A stretch of DNA of 64,000 nucleotides from Sminthopsis crassicaudata. Its lineage: Eukaryota. Below are positions 11,111 through 28,065 of this stretch, one piece after another. The notes under the pieces are model-generated. The model saw only the letters and a program-made list of their open reading frames with translations, was not told where the DNA came from and made no database searches. Both the position numbers and the translations under genes were made by a program. The stretch spans positions 640,500,558 to 640,564,557 of the forward strand of contig NC_133619.1 in assembly GCF_048593235.1 (NCBI RefSeq), read 5' to 3'. Positions within the stretch are counted from its first letter, which is position 1, and every line of letters begins with the position of its first letter.

Positions 11111-12260
11111 AAAAGTGGTACTTGTTGAATGGCAATACAGAAATAATGTTTTGAAGACTGTACAACTTCCAACTATCAAATTTCTTGCTTTTCAAGGAGG
11201 AGGAAGGAGACAAAAGGTGGGAAAGAATCCGGAACTCAATTGTTTTTTAAAAAGGTTTAAAAGGATTTTTACACGTAATTGGATTTTTTTTTTTTTTTAA
11301 TTTAAGTGCAGGTGGACTTCCAAACACTAATGGGATCCTTCCATTTCATAGGATTTCCCAATGTTTTTCTCCATCTGTCACCTGCTACTCCCACTACTTT
11401 CCCCTCTCGCACTAATCATTTCAGACTCCCCTGTTTCTCTTCTCCCCAGTATCTCCCTAATGGAAAGTCTGTAACCCCACAGCGGAGCTCTGGCCCTGGA
11501 GCTGACACGGGGAGTGCCTTCGAGGGGCCCCGACAGGAGAAGCAGGTTGGTTCTCGGGAACAGGCCTGGGCATATCTGCTGAAGCTCGATGATGGGGATG
11601 AGTGACTCATGAGAACAGAGCCCAGGACCACTTTCAGGATGGTGAGGAGCCCTGGAAGCTTCCTCCTCTGGGCTGAGGGCCGCTTCTCTTTCTGAGGCGG
11701 GGAGGCATTTCTGGAGCCCAGAGAGCCGGGCAGCTGGCCCCCCAACCTGGCAGGGCCTCCCAGTTGCTATCCACAGAGGGGGCTGAGATAAGGGGGGGGG
11801 GCCTTAGCCATTCAGAGAGCAGGAAAGGGTCTAAGGGAGGAGGTCTAGGCTAGGGAGTTATTCCCACCTATTCCACAGTCTGGGTCAGGTGACAAAGTGG
11901 CCCACTGATGTCACAAGTGCTTCCCTTCCCGGGAACCTCCCAGTGCATTCTGCCCCAATTCTGCCGCCTCTCGCTGATCCCCAAAGGGGCCACTTCCCTA
12001 TGACCCTCCCCCACCACTTACATCCCGCTTCCGACCCTCCCTGGAGCCCTCCCCTCTCCAGGAATAAACAACTTGGGCGAGGACTTAAATACACGGTCGT
12101 TTTATTTTCTAGACAGATGAGACCTGCTCAGCCTGGTGGGGCGGGACGAGGAGCCACTCTGGCTCGGGGTGGGACCGGCCCAGCCCAGGGAAGAGAAGGG
12201 AATCTGTGTTCCGGGAAGGGTGCCCAGGGCCTCGAGGAGGGGAGGGGGAGGGGCGGGGGC

Positions 12261-15200
12261 TCACAGGAGGGTCCGGGCAGCGGTGGCTGCCAGGAGCGCG
12301 GCCAGCGGAAGGGCCAGGGGGGTCCTGGGGCTCCCACTGGTGGGGTGCTGGGAGCCGCCCTTAGGGGGCAGCTGCCCCATGTTGCTTCGATCGCTGTGCC
12401 CCGCGGCCCCCCTGCCGGCCCCGCCCTCCTCGCTGAGAGTCGCCACAGATGTCCCGGAGTGAGCGGGCGCCTCGGTGGCGGGGGCCCGGAGCGTGGTGGC
12501 CGGGGGCCGGCTGCTGGGGGCGGCCGGGGCCGCGGTGGAAGCGGGGGCGGGGGCCTTTGTGGCTGTGGAATTGGGGCGGGCGGTGGTGGGCGCGGGCAGC
12601 ACCACGAGGGGAGGGATGCCAGGGGCAAAGTAGGTCTTGTTGCGGAGGTCGGCGTTGCAGCGGGAGCCCTCGCAGCAGGAGCCGCTCAGGGAGAAGCCGG
12701 GGCCGGTCACCCCGTCTCTGGTGCAGTCCTCGTCCTGGACGCAGCCTCGGACTGGCAGGGACACGGTCACGTTGGCTGAGGGAGACCAAGGGGCGGGGCA
12801 GTGGTTAGAGCCCCGCGGCGGGAGGGGTCGGGGAGGGGCTCGGGAAGCCCCCGACCCCCCTCAGCTCTCCCCCTCATGCACCGAACACCCCTGAGGGAAT
12901 CCCTCGCCCTCTCCGGCCTCAGTTTCCAAATCTGTATAAAGGTCCCCGATTCCGCTCTGGGGGTTTTCGGGTGACCGACGGATTCTCCGAGGGGGCTGGG
13001 CCGCGATGGAGGGGGAGGGGTCCTCTGCCGGGGGACTCTCCGCGAGCATCTGCAGCCCTTCTCTCCCCGCTGCGGCTCTTCTCTCTCCTCCAATCACCTT
13101 CCACGTATCACCTGGGTACACGACGCGTCCCCCTCCCCTCCCCCGTAAGTCGCCTGAGGGCAGGGACCGTTTCTTTGGGGGGTGGGGGGTGCCCTTGGGC
13201 GCTGTTTCCCAGGAGGCGGGGCGGCGCCCCATCCCCCACCCCTGCCGTCCCCCTCACCTGCGGTCAGGGTGACGTTCCCGTCAAAGCAGCCCTTGTGCAG
13301 GCGGTCCCTCGCGTTGTAGCACTGCGCCAGGGGGGGCTTCGAGCCCGCGCACGCCTCCCGGCTCAGCCCCGCGCAGCTGTAGCACTGGACTCCGTTGGGC
13401 TCGTGCGCACTCTCGTTCCCTGGGGGCGACGGAAGGGGGCCGCGGGTGAGATGTTCCGCGGGCTTCCCCGAGTCTCCGCGCCCCCCCCCGCCCCCTTCTC
13501 AGTCTGCTCCCGGTCCCCCTGCGCCCCTAGAAAGCGCACACGGAATCCATTCACACCCAGGGACGCGGGCTTTCGGGGAAACCGAGGCAGGCTCTGACTG
13601 CTGGACAGCCTCCTTCCCCGGGGCCCGGCTTAGGTCCGGTGGCTCCTCCCGAGAAATACTTTACAAATCGTATTTTCCCCAGTTACTTGGAATGACAGTT
13701 CTCTCATATTTTAAAATAAGGTTCGAGTTCAAAGTCTTCTCCCTCTCCCCTCCCTAAGACTGTAAGCAACTTGCATAATTATACATGCACAAACATGCAA
13801 AATAGCTTCCAAATATTAAAAAAAATCCCATGCACCCCACGCAGTCCTTTCTTCTCCTGGGCCCCGCCCATTTCTGCAGGTGATGCTCATGGGCTTCCTT
13901 GGCGAGAATGAGGGCTCCTTCCTCCGGACCGCCCCCAGCTTCTCACTGACCTTGGCAAAAGGAAGAGCCCAGCCTGAGTCCAACCTTCCTTCTGGGGCCA
14001 CCCAAGGCAGCGGAGGCCGGGCCGGGCCCATCCCAGACACCGAACGTGCCTTTCTGAATGCACTAAGATCAAATCAGCTTTCTGGGGTTTTTTGATCTCT
14101 ATTAAACTTGTGGTCCACTAACATTCGCAGATCTTTTTCTGCTCCCTCCATTTTGTACTTGAGAAGTTAGTTTTGTTTTTCCTTTTCATTGAAATGTAGA
14201 AGCTTACATTTAGTAAGTCATTTTTGGCCAGCTAGGTGACTGAGTCTGGAGTCAGGAAGCCTCATCTTTGGGAGCTCAAATCTGGCCTCTGACACTTAAC
14301 CCTTCCTGGCTGTGTGACCCTGGGCAAGTCGCTTAACCCCAAATGCCCCAGCCAAAAAAAAAAAAAAAGTTATCTTAATGTTTTTTAATGAAGCATTTTG
14401 CAAAAATTAAAATGCTATATAAATGTAGGGTAATATTAAGTTTTATTTTCTACTTGTTTCTCAATTGGGACAAAATAGGAGGGAGGGATTAATTAAATTA
14501 ATTTAATCAAAAAATTAATTTAATTAATAATTAAGTTAGTTATTTTAAATTAAAATTCATTTTTGATATTTTATATCTATTGTTTGGCATGTGTATAGAC
14601 AGCTGTATAAAACAAAGATGAGGAAATAAAATTTGTTTTTACAAAGATTATCTATGTACACATTTACATATATATCTAAAGCAAGGATTGTTTTAAAAAT
14701 AAAAATTAAAAATGTCATCTTATTGGAACTGACCCAAGATCCCATCATGCTGCAGTCTTTTGGAATCCAGACAGTTATCCAGAGTCTTGGAATCACTGCC
14801 CCGCCCCGCCTCTTGTGACATTTGTCATGAGCTTACTACCTCTAGCCCAGGTCCAAGCAGAGGTTCCCTCCTCTAGAGCCTTCCTAGGGAGACCAAGCCT
14901 TAATGGCAGCTCCTTGAGTCTGTCTGTTTCACCAGTTCTGCCCCGCTTGAGGACATCCTCCATTTTGGCCAAGAAAAAAACCGTATGAGATCCTTGGTCA
15001 TAGGCTTGGCAAAAATGCCCATCAACGCTACCAGGCCCAGTGCAGCAACCTGGCAAAAATGGAGCTAAGCTCCCTAATAAAGGTGGGGTTTAGAGTTGCA
15101 TCCTGGGAATCATCTAGTCCCATCTCTTCATTTTACGAAGGGGGACCCCAGGTAGAAGTGGCTACGTCACATGACCAGAGAACGGCAGAAACAGAATTTA

Positions 15201-17129
15201 AATCCAGAGGCTCTGGTTCCCAATGAAGAGAACCGGGCCCCTGCGCCCCCTCCCTGGAAGCCGGGGCCCTTGGCTCACCGCTGGGGTTCAGGTGGTGTGA
15301 GGTCAGGTTGAGCTGGTTGTTACATAGGTCCTTGTCACACTGCTGCAGCTGGAGGAAGGCCATGATCCCGTGCAGGTCCAGCCCCCGGTCGTTCTTTCCC
15401 GAAAGTCCGGATCCACAGCCTCGGATAGCCATCGAGAACTGCCCGTGAACTGCAGGGAAGACCCGGGGTGTGGGGTGGGGTGAGAAGAGAAGGGTCAGAC
15501 CAGGGAGGAGTTAAGGAGGACCAGGAGAGGGAGGACTCAGAGGGAGACTCCAGAGGAGGAGGACTTGGAAGTGGAGAAGTGAGAGAAGGAAGACTCAGAG
15601 GGAGGACTAAGAGGGAGGATCCAGAGAGAAGGATCCAAAAGGGAAAGATCCAGAGGGAAGGATGCTGAGACTGGGTGGGTGGGAGAAGTCAGAGAGAGGT
15701 TTGAGAGGAAAGAGATCTTGAAGAGCTCATAATGGAGTGAACATTCAAAGCTGGGGAGCAGAGCTCAAAGGGAAGACTCAGAGAGGGAGACTCCAGAGGG
15801 GGAGGACTCAGAAGTGGAGAACTGAGAGGAGGAGGACTCAGACAGAGGGACAACTCAGAGAGGGGAGCAGCCACATGGGGAGTCTCTGAGTCAAAGGTGG
15901 AAGAGGAGATCTGGAGCGAATGGGGGCCCGGGGTTCCATGTGATAAAGCTTCAAGGTCCTGTGGTCTCATCCATAGACGAGCCTGGACCCTCAGGGAAAG
16001 GGTGAGTCTGATGGGGAGAGGGCTGACTCAGAAACCGCTCCCCTCAACTTCCTGGGGCTCCCTCCATCTCCAAATCTTATGACTTCAAGCTCCCCGGACC
16101 CCTGGGCACTTGCTTAACTCCATTGCCAAGGAGACCCCAGGCCGACCCCTTCCCCCCCAGGAGATGGGCCGACCCAGGGGCTTTGTAAGTCTGGATTTAC
16201 CCCATGAAGTCATTCCACACGATGGGCCCCCGACCCTCCTCCCAGGGACTCTTACTCACTGGTCTCCACAGCCCCCACAGCCTCTGTGCAGATCGTTAAG
16301 TCCGCAGGGCAGGTAACCGTCTTCATCTTCCCGGGGGAACATCCTTCATCGGCTTTCTGGATGCAGCTGTAGCATTTAAGAGCCGAGGCACCTGGGACAG
16401 AGTCGAACCACGTCAAGCGCCTTCTTCCCCTCCCAGATTTCTTGGCCCATTCTAGAGGAGCCCTCTCCCGGGGAAGCCCTCTCCCAAGCCTTCTGCCGGC
16501 AGCTCCAAGTCCGGCTGAGAGTGGAGCCCTCCGGGGACCTCCTGAAGAGGGAAGGCCTTCTCCTCCACATCTCCCCCTCACACGAGGGGAGCCCCCTTTC
16601 CTGTGGCCTCAATCTCTGTGGGGACACGAGGTCCCTCTGCAGCTTTTTGAACTGAGTTGTAGCGTTTAAGACCCTCTCCCCAGCCTGGGCCAATCTTCCT
16701 GTGTCCTGTTTTCTAGATGGGAGAGCCAGGTGTGTGGGGGGGCCACACGCTCCTCTCTGTCCAGAGGGGAGACTCCTTTGCCTTGTAAGCATGGGAAGCC
16801 CCCCGTCCTACTCTCCCCAGGGCCAGGGAGCCGAACTCCTCCAGTTAGCTCCTTCTGAGGCCCCCTTGCCCACAGCCCCTCTCCCTGCAGTGGAGAATCT
16901 CCCGTCCCTGTGATCCCCCCTCCTGGCCATAAGGATTATCTCCCCTGCCCCCCGATCGCCTTCTTTCCTGCCCTTCCACTCTTCTGGGCAGGGGGACCTT
17001 TCTGGGCTCCTCTGCCTGGGATGCAGAAGCATCTCCTCCTGCCCAGAGCAACAGTGGCTCACCTGGGCCAAGCAAGGACAAGAGCAGGACGGTGGCCCCG
17101 AGGATCCCTGGGCTGCATTTTTTCTCCAT
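12261..17129 (-). CDS. LYPD3: Ly6/PLAUR domain-containing protein 3 (C4.4A), about 348 aa
   Basis: Exons 17129-17063, 16391-16260, 15449-15279, 13419-13258, 12775-12261 (1047 nt). Reads LKCYSCIQKADEGCSPGKMKTV...HGQFSMAIRGCGSGLSGKNDRGLDLHG...NVTVSLPVRGCVQDEDCTRDGVTGPGFSLSGSCCEGSRCNADLRNKTYF, then an S/T/P/A-rich stalk and GPI signal. Minus-strand AATAAA at 12101-12106. Confidence 0.97.
14228..14370 (+). mobile_element. Marsupial tRNA-derived SINE (WSINE1-like) with poly(A) tail
   Basis: cagctaggtg...ggagtcaggaag...ctcaaatctggcctctgacacttaac..ttcct.gctgtgtgaccctgggcaagtcgcttaaccccaaatgcc..agcc followed by an A-rich tail. Confidence 0.7.
15470..15910. repeat. Purine-rich degenerate repeat in LYPD3 intron 2
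   Basis: gagggagactccagagg..gaggact..gaagtggaga block at about 15541 and about 15783, within GA-rich sequence. Confidence 0.65.
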
Positions 17130-17569
17130 GGCTGCTCCTGTCCTGCTTCTTCCGAGGTCCCCCAGGGTGTGTCTGCTCTGTGCCCCAGCCGGGCCCTCTT
17201 ACCTGAACCCTAAGATGAGTAATTGCCCCCAGGCCCTCACTCTCTCCTCCCCCAGCCCAGCCCAGCCCAGCGTTCACTCTGGGGTGGGTCCCCATTTCCT
17301 TGCGTCACATCCCAGGGAGCATCAGCGCTGGCTCCTGACTGCATCTCAGAGGGATGGGGGATCCAGGCCCAGACAACAGAGCCCTGCCCTGGGGCAGCTG
17401 GTTCTGGGAAGTGACTGGGTGGGGTGGAAGGGGCAGGAGCCCAAGGAGAGCCCAAGCCCATCTCCATCCAGAGTATGGATCCAGGGCTCTGCAGGGGGCA
17501 TCTGGGCCAAGCCCCTCTTTTGGCAGACAGGGAAACGGAGGCAGAAGTGATTTGTCTGAGCAGTTCTCT

Positions 17570-17665
17570 CAGCCTCAGTTTCCTTTTCTGTAAAATGGGG
17601 ACAACAACACCTGCCTCATAAAGTTGTTATGGGGATTAAATGAGATAATCCAAGTGAAACCATTT
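17570..17665. mobile_element. MIR/CORE-SINE fragment
   Basis: gcctcagtttcc..tctgtaaaatgggga...cctgcctcat..agttgtt.tg.ggattaaatgagataat core. Confidence 0.8.
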
Positions 17666-19499
17666 TGGAAACCTGAAAGTGTTGGGAAACCACGGCTTCT
17701 TATTTTCCAGAAGGAAAATTGCACGAGCCCAGAGTCCTGCCTCTCTAGGGATCCCTGGGCCTAGAAGGGGCCTCCCAGGAGCCCAACATGGACTTTTTGC
17801 GGGGGCCAGCGGGGCCTACAAGTTCAGGCTCTCCATTCTCCGATGCAGTAGTGCGGGGCTGTCTCCCCAGACCCTGGCGGGAAGCCACAGGAGAGCGGGG
17901 CTTCCAGGCCAGAGAGCTGAGGGTGGGCGGGCCATGGCTGCGGGGTCCTGAATGCCATCTCCCCCTGCCCCACAGTGTGGAAGTTCAGGGGCCTCGGCCG
18001 CAGGAGGGGGAGCGTGGGAGCCAGAGTTTCGAGGGCGGGCCCCAATGCGGAGCTCCCTCCCCAAACTGGCTGGACCGGAGAGACAGGCATCTGGGGAGCA
18101 GGGCTGCTGAGGGGCGGCCTCTGCCTGGGCCTGCAGGACCCCTCCGGTGCCTCCCTAACCCACGGAGAGACCTTCTTCTGAGCGCATCAATTTATAGGGG
18201 TTTGGGAACCGAGGCCGGAGAGAGGAAGGGATTCGGGGCAAGTTTGCTGTTACTTCAGTCTAGTCCCTTTCCTCCTTAAGAAATGCCAGATTTGGGCTGG
18301 CGTAGGGTTCTCCCTGGGGTCCCCGGGCCGCCTCTCATCTCCCTGTTCTAAGGTCGCCCCACCAATGGTGTCTCGGTGCTCCGGAGCCCAGCGGGTCTAA
18401 TCCCAGGCCTCCAAGACCGGGACCCTTCTTCGGAGAATAGAGAACCTTCAGAAGGGAGCGAGGACCAGGGGACAGCTCAGACAGTCGCTTGTAGCGTTTA
18501 TTATGTTTCCAAAGTACAAAGCAGAGATGCGGGGTCTCAGAAAACTGCGTTCTACTTTGTGATGGAGAAATTCTCTTTTTTAAATGTTATTTTGTGTTTA
18601 AGTTTAAAAAAAAAAAGTCGGAGATGGGCCGGAGATGGATACTTTCTCTCTGGGAGGCACCCCATCCAGGATGGGAGAAAACACACCTTTCCCTCAAGGT
18701 TCCTGCTCTCTTCGGTCATCCTACAGCTGTGGTTTTGAAAAACACTCCCGGCTTAGGCGGCCCCTGCCCTTTGACCCCTTCGGGCCAGTCCTTGTGCTCT
18801 CCAGCTCGGGTTTTGGATGGAATGAAAGGATGAGGGCTCTGGGGGAGGAGGGCCGTGGGGAGGACGGAGCAGCCGCGGAATGAACGCCCAGGGAGGGTCC
18901 GCGCTTCCTTCCAAGGGTGGGGCTCGAGCTCCAGCGGGTCATGGGAGGAGAAGGGGACCTAAGGCTCCCTGACTCAGACTCGCTTGGGAGTCCCAGCCCC
19001 CTCCCCAAGCTCACAGGATGTATCTGCCCGTCATTCTCCCCGAGCGCCTCGAAAAAAGAGGGGCTGGGAGCGCCAGGGCGGTGCTGTCCGAGTCGTGAAA
19101 AAGGGTCCCTAGGGAGCGAGAAATGGCGCTGGGGTCCCTGGATGGACACGGGGGGGGGGGGCCCGGGGAGGCGGAGGGGGGCTTAGTGCTCCCTGACAGA
19201 AGAGGGCGTCCCCAGAGGAGAAGCAGCTCGTCCGGGTCGGGGGCGAACAACTACAGGCTCGACGGTTTTTCCAGTGTTTAATGTAACCCCACGTGCGCAC
19301 CAATAAATAAACCTCCCGCCCCCGCGCGCCCCGGTGCCCGGAGAGTCCGCGGGGCGAAGCCGAGCTCGGAACCGGCCGAGCGGAGGAGAGCGCTTCCGGG
19401 CCTGGGGGAGGGAGCAGCGGGGCTGATGTTCGGGATAGTTCTGGAAATAGGAAAGCTGCCGCGAAAGTGGCTAACAATGGAACGTTATGGGTAAGAAAG

Positions 19500-20015
19500 A
19501 TGGGCCGAGGGCGGGGTCTCCCGGGAAAGTTACAAGCAATGGAACACGGGGGGGGGGGGGGGGGAGGGGAGGGGAGAGGGGAGACCTCCCGGGAAAATTA
19601 CCAGCAATTGGACATCGGGGGTACTAATACTCAAGAGAGGGCGGGGCCTCCCGCGAAAATGACAATAGAACATTAGAGGTAAGAACGTTCGGCCGAGGGC
19701 GGGGCCTCCCGGGAAAGTTACAAGCAATAGGACACCGGGGGTACGAACACTCGGGAGGGGGCGGGGCCTCCCGGGAAAGTTACCAGCAATTGGACACCGG
19801 GGGTACTAATACTCAAGAGAGGGCGGGGCCTCCCGCGAAAATTACGAACAATAGAATTTTAGGAGTAAGAATGTTCGGCCGAGGGCGGGGTCTCCCGGGA
19901 AAGTTACAAGCTGTAGAACACTGGGGGTAGGAACGTTCGGCCAGGGGGCGGGGCCCCGAGAAAGTTGCCAGCAATTGGACACCGGGGGTACGAACGTTCG
20001 GCGAGGGCGGGGCCT
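19500..20015. repeat. CpG-rich tandem array of about 9 units of about 60 bp with a trimeric higher-order structure
   Basis: gggcgggg(c/t)ctccc(g/gc)ggaaa recurs near 19509, 19581 (degenerate), 19639, 19697, 19758, 19820, 19883, 19945 and 20004. Unit tails cycle through three variants. Confidence 0.9.
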
Positions 20016-20228
20016 CCTGACTGGCATGCCCGAGCTATAAACATTGGCGTCTTTAAACGCTGGGGGCAAATTCATAGCATCTGGGACCGAGCAGGAAGGA
20101 CCGAGCTAATCTGGCCCCATTTTACAGAAGGGGACACTGAGGTCCAGGCTAACAGAGCCTGGGCGGCGTTCGTAGGAGGCAGTGGGCGGAGGCAGTCGGG
20201 GGCTTCTGGGGAGGCGGAGCCGGGCTGC

Positions 20229-25885
<5,657 letters not shown>

Positions 25886-25999
25886 GTCCCTGGCTTCCCG
25901 GCCTCCTCCGGCCCAGGCAGGGGGACTGCGGGGGGGAGGGGCTGTGAGCAGAACTCCACAGCCGCTCCGGGGGCGGGGCCTGAGGGACTCGAACCGAGA

Positions 26000-27000
26000 G
26001 TCTGGGGGCTCCCAGCTGAAGGAGCAAGGGGGCTCCGGGATTGGGTGAGGGGCTCAAGGGGCGGGGCCTGTGGAGCGCCAAAGAGGAAGAGAGGAGGGGG
26101 AGTGGAGGAGCTCGGGGACCCGGACCCGCGATTGCCGAGGACGGGGCGCTCAGGGGGTGTGGCCTAAGAACCAGGGCAGGACTGGGGAGCCGGGGGCAGG
26201 ACCTGGAGGGGCTCCGAGACTGGGTAAGGGTCTAAGGGGTGAGACCGAGGAGAGGCGCGAGGGGCTCGGGCGCTCGCTCGGAGGGGCTCCGGGATCGGGC
26301 AGCGGCTCGGGCGGGATCGGACGGACTCGGGGGCGGGATCGGACGCGCTCGGAGCAGAGCCGGGGGGCGGGCTCTGACCCGAGCTTGGGGCGGGGCCGAG
26401 AAGCCTCTGGGAGGGACGGAGGGGCTGGGGAGTGGGATCCGGAGGGGCTGGGGCCCGGCGCGCTCGGCTCGGGCCGCGGATCCCGGGGCGCGGAGTTCCC
26501 CTTTTTATCTCTCGCAGCCCTCGGCCTGGAGCAGCGCCCGGGAAGCCCCTTTCCCAGGAGCCGAGTCCGACCAGCCCTGACCCCGACCTTTCCCGACCCC
26601 GAGGTCGGAGTCCCCAGGGCCCTCCCCCGAGTCCGGGCGCTCGGCTTTACCCGGACAGACCCGCTCACGCGCCCTCGTCCTTCGGGACCCCGACCCTCCC
26701 CTCGCCCCCGGGGGGCTCGGCGTCCTGCTCCTCCCCCGCCCCCTCCGCGCTCCGGTGTCCAGCCCCCTCACCTGCTCCGGCTCCTCCGCAGGCCTCTCCC
26801 TGTTCCCGGAGCCCGGGCCTCTGCCCACGGGACAGGTGGCGGGGGAGGAGGGCGGGGCCGCCCCCAGCGGGAGCCCGGATGCGGGGCGGTGGGAAGTGGG
26901 AGGAGAAAAGGGAGGGAGAGAACAGGTCTGACAGCTCCGCAGGGAAGCAGGTATCTGGCCCTTCCAGTGCACACGCCCTGGGAACCAGGCGTCCTGGGGG
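26000..27000 (-). promoter_or_regulatory. PHLDB3 CpG-island promoter with a probable non-coding first exon (donor near 26771)
   Basis: High CpG density and GC boxes. Minus-strand GCAG|GTGAGG donor at about 26771-26766. Confidence 0.55.
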
Positions 27001-28065
27001 GGGTGGGCAACACTTCAGACCCCACCCAAGAGGCCCGAGCCTCAGGACGCCCTCTTCAGGGAGCCAGGGGTCCTGCGCCCACGAGCCCAGGCAGGACTGG
27101 CCAGCCCCGGCCCCAAGGACAGAAGCAGCCAGTTTCCCACCTTCAAAGTTTCTTAGTCCCAACGCTCACTTCCGGCCCCCTGGGCCGTGGCTGCAGGTGG
27201 AGGGGTGGGGCTCTTCCCCTCTAATGACCCCTTTGAAGGGCTGGGACCCCACGGTGAGTGACGGGGAGAACCGGCGAGTCCCCACGGCACAAGGGGGTGG
27301 GGGCCCTGGCGGGAGGGGCTCAAGGTCATGCTGCCAGACCCTTCCTCTCCGGGCAAAAACAGGAAGCTCACATGAAACTTTCCAGCGCCCTCCTCCCCAA
27401 ACAGGCCCACAAGGGCCCAGCAGGGCCAGGCTTCTGGTCTGCGTGCCCTTGGCCCATGGGCACCCGACTGGCAGACCACGGAGTCCCGAGTCCCCCGCGT
27501 GCTCCCCCTAGTGGCCCCGGTCCCCAAGAGCACCTCAGACCCAGCCTCCCAACCTCTGCCTGTCTTCAGATGGGAACCAGAGACAACAACATCACCCACA
27601 TCCGGGGCTGTGAAGCTCAAAGGAGATAATAGTATCTGGAAACATCACAGAGACGAGCGGGCCCTCAGGCAAAGTCAGGCTCCAGGGGCCTTGCTGAGGC
27701 CCCACGGGGAGCACGAGCTGCAGGAGCCTCCGAACCAGCGCCCCCCCTTTGCACCATCCTGCCTCCTCCCCGGTACCCGAGCATTCGGCTTCGAAGCCAA
27801 CCAGGCCCCGTCGCCGCCAAGCTCTCCATCCACACGGGACAGAGCTTTGTGACCACAACACTTCAGAGGGGCTTGGCAAAGTAAAGTGGGAGCCAAGGCG
27901 CCCGTGCGTGCAGACAGGAGCCACTGGGACGGCGCCTAACGAAGGAGGGCCAGGAACGGTTAAGCAATAACGTTTATTAACGGAATCTGGAGGGGGATGG
28001 GGTCCATCCTGTTTGAGCCCCATCCCAAGAACTGAGGTGCTGAGCTGTGGGCGGCCGAAGAGAAG

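Noticed and set aside
14793-15056. 87-aa ORF in LYPD3 intron 3 as a possible retrocopy fragment
   Set aside because: I could not match it to any protein, and it has no poly(A) tail or target-site duplication.
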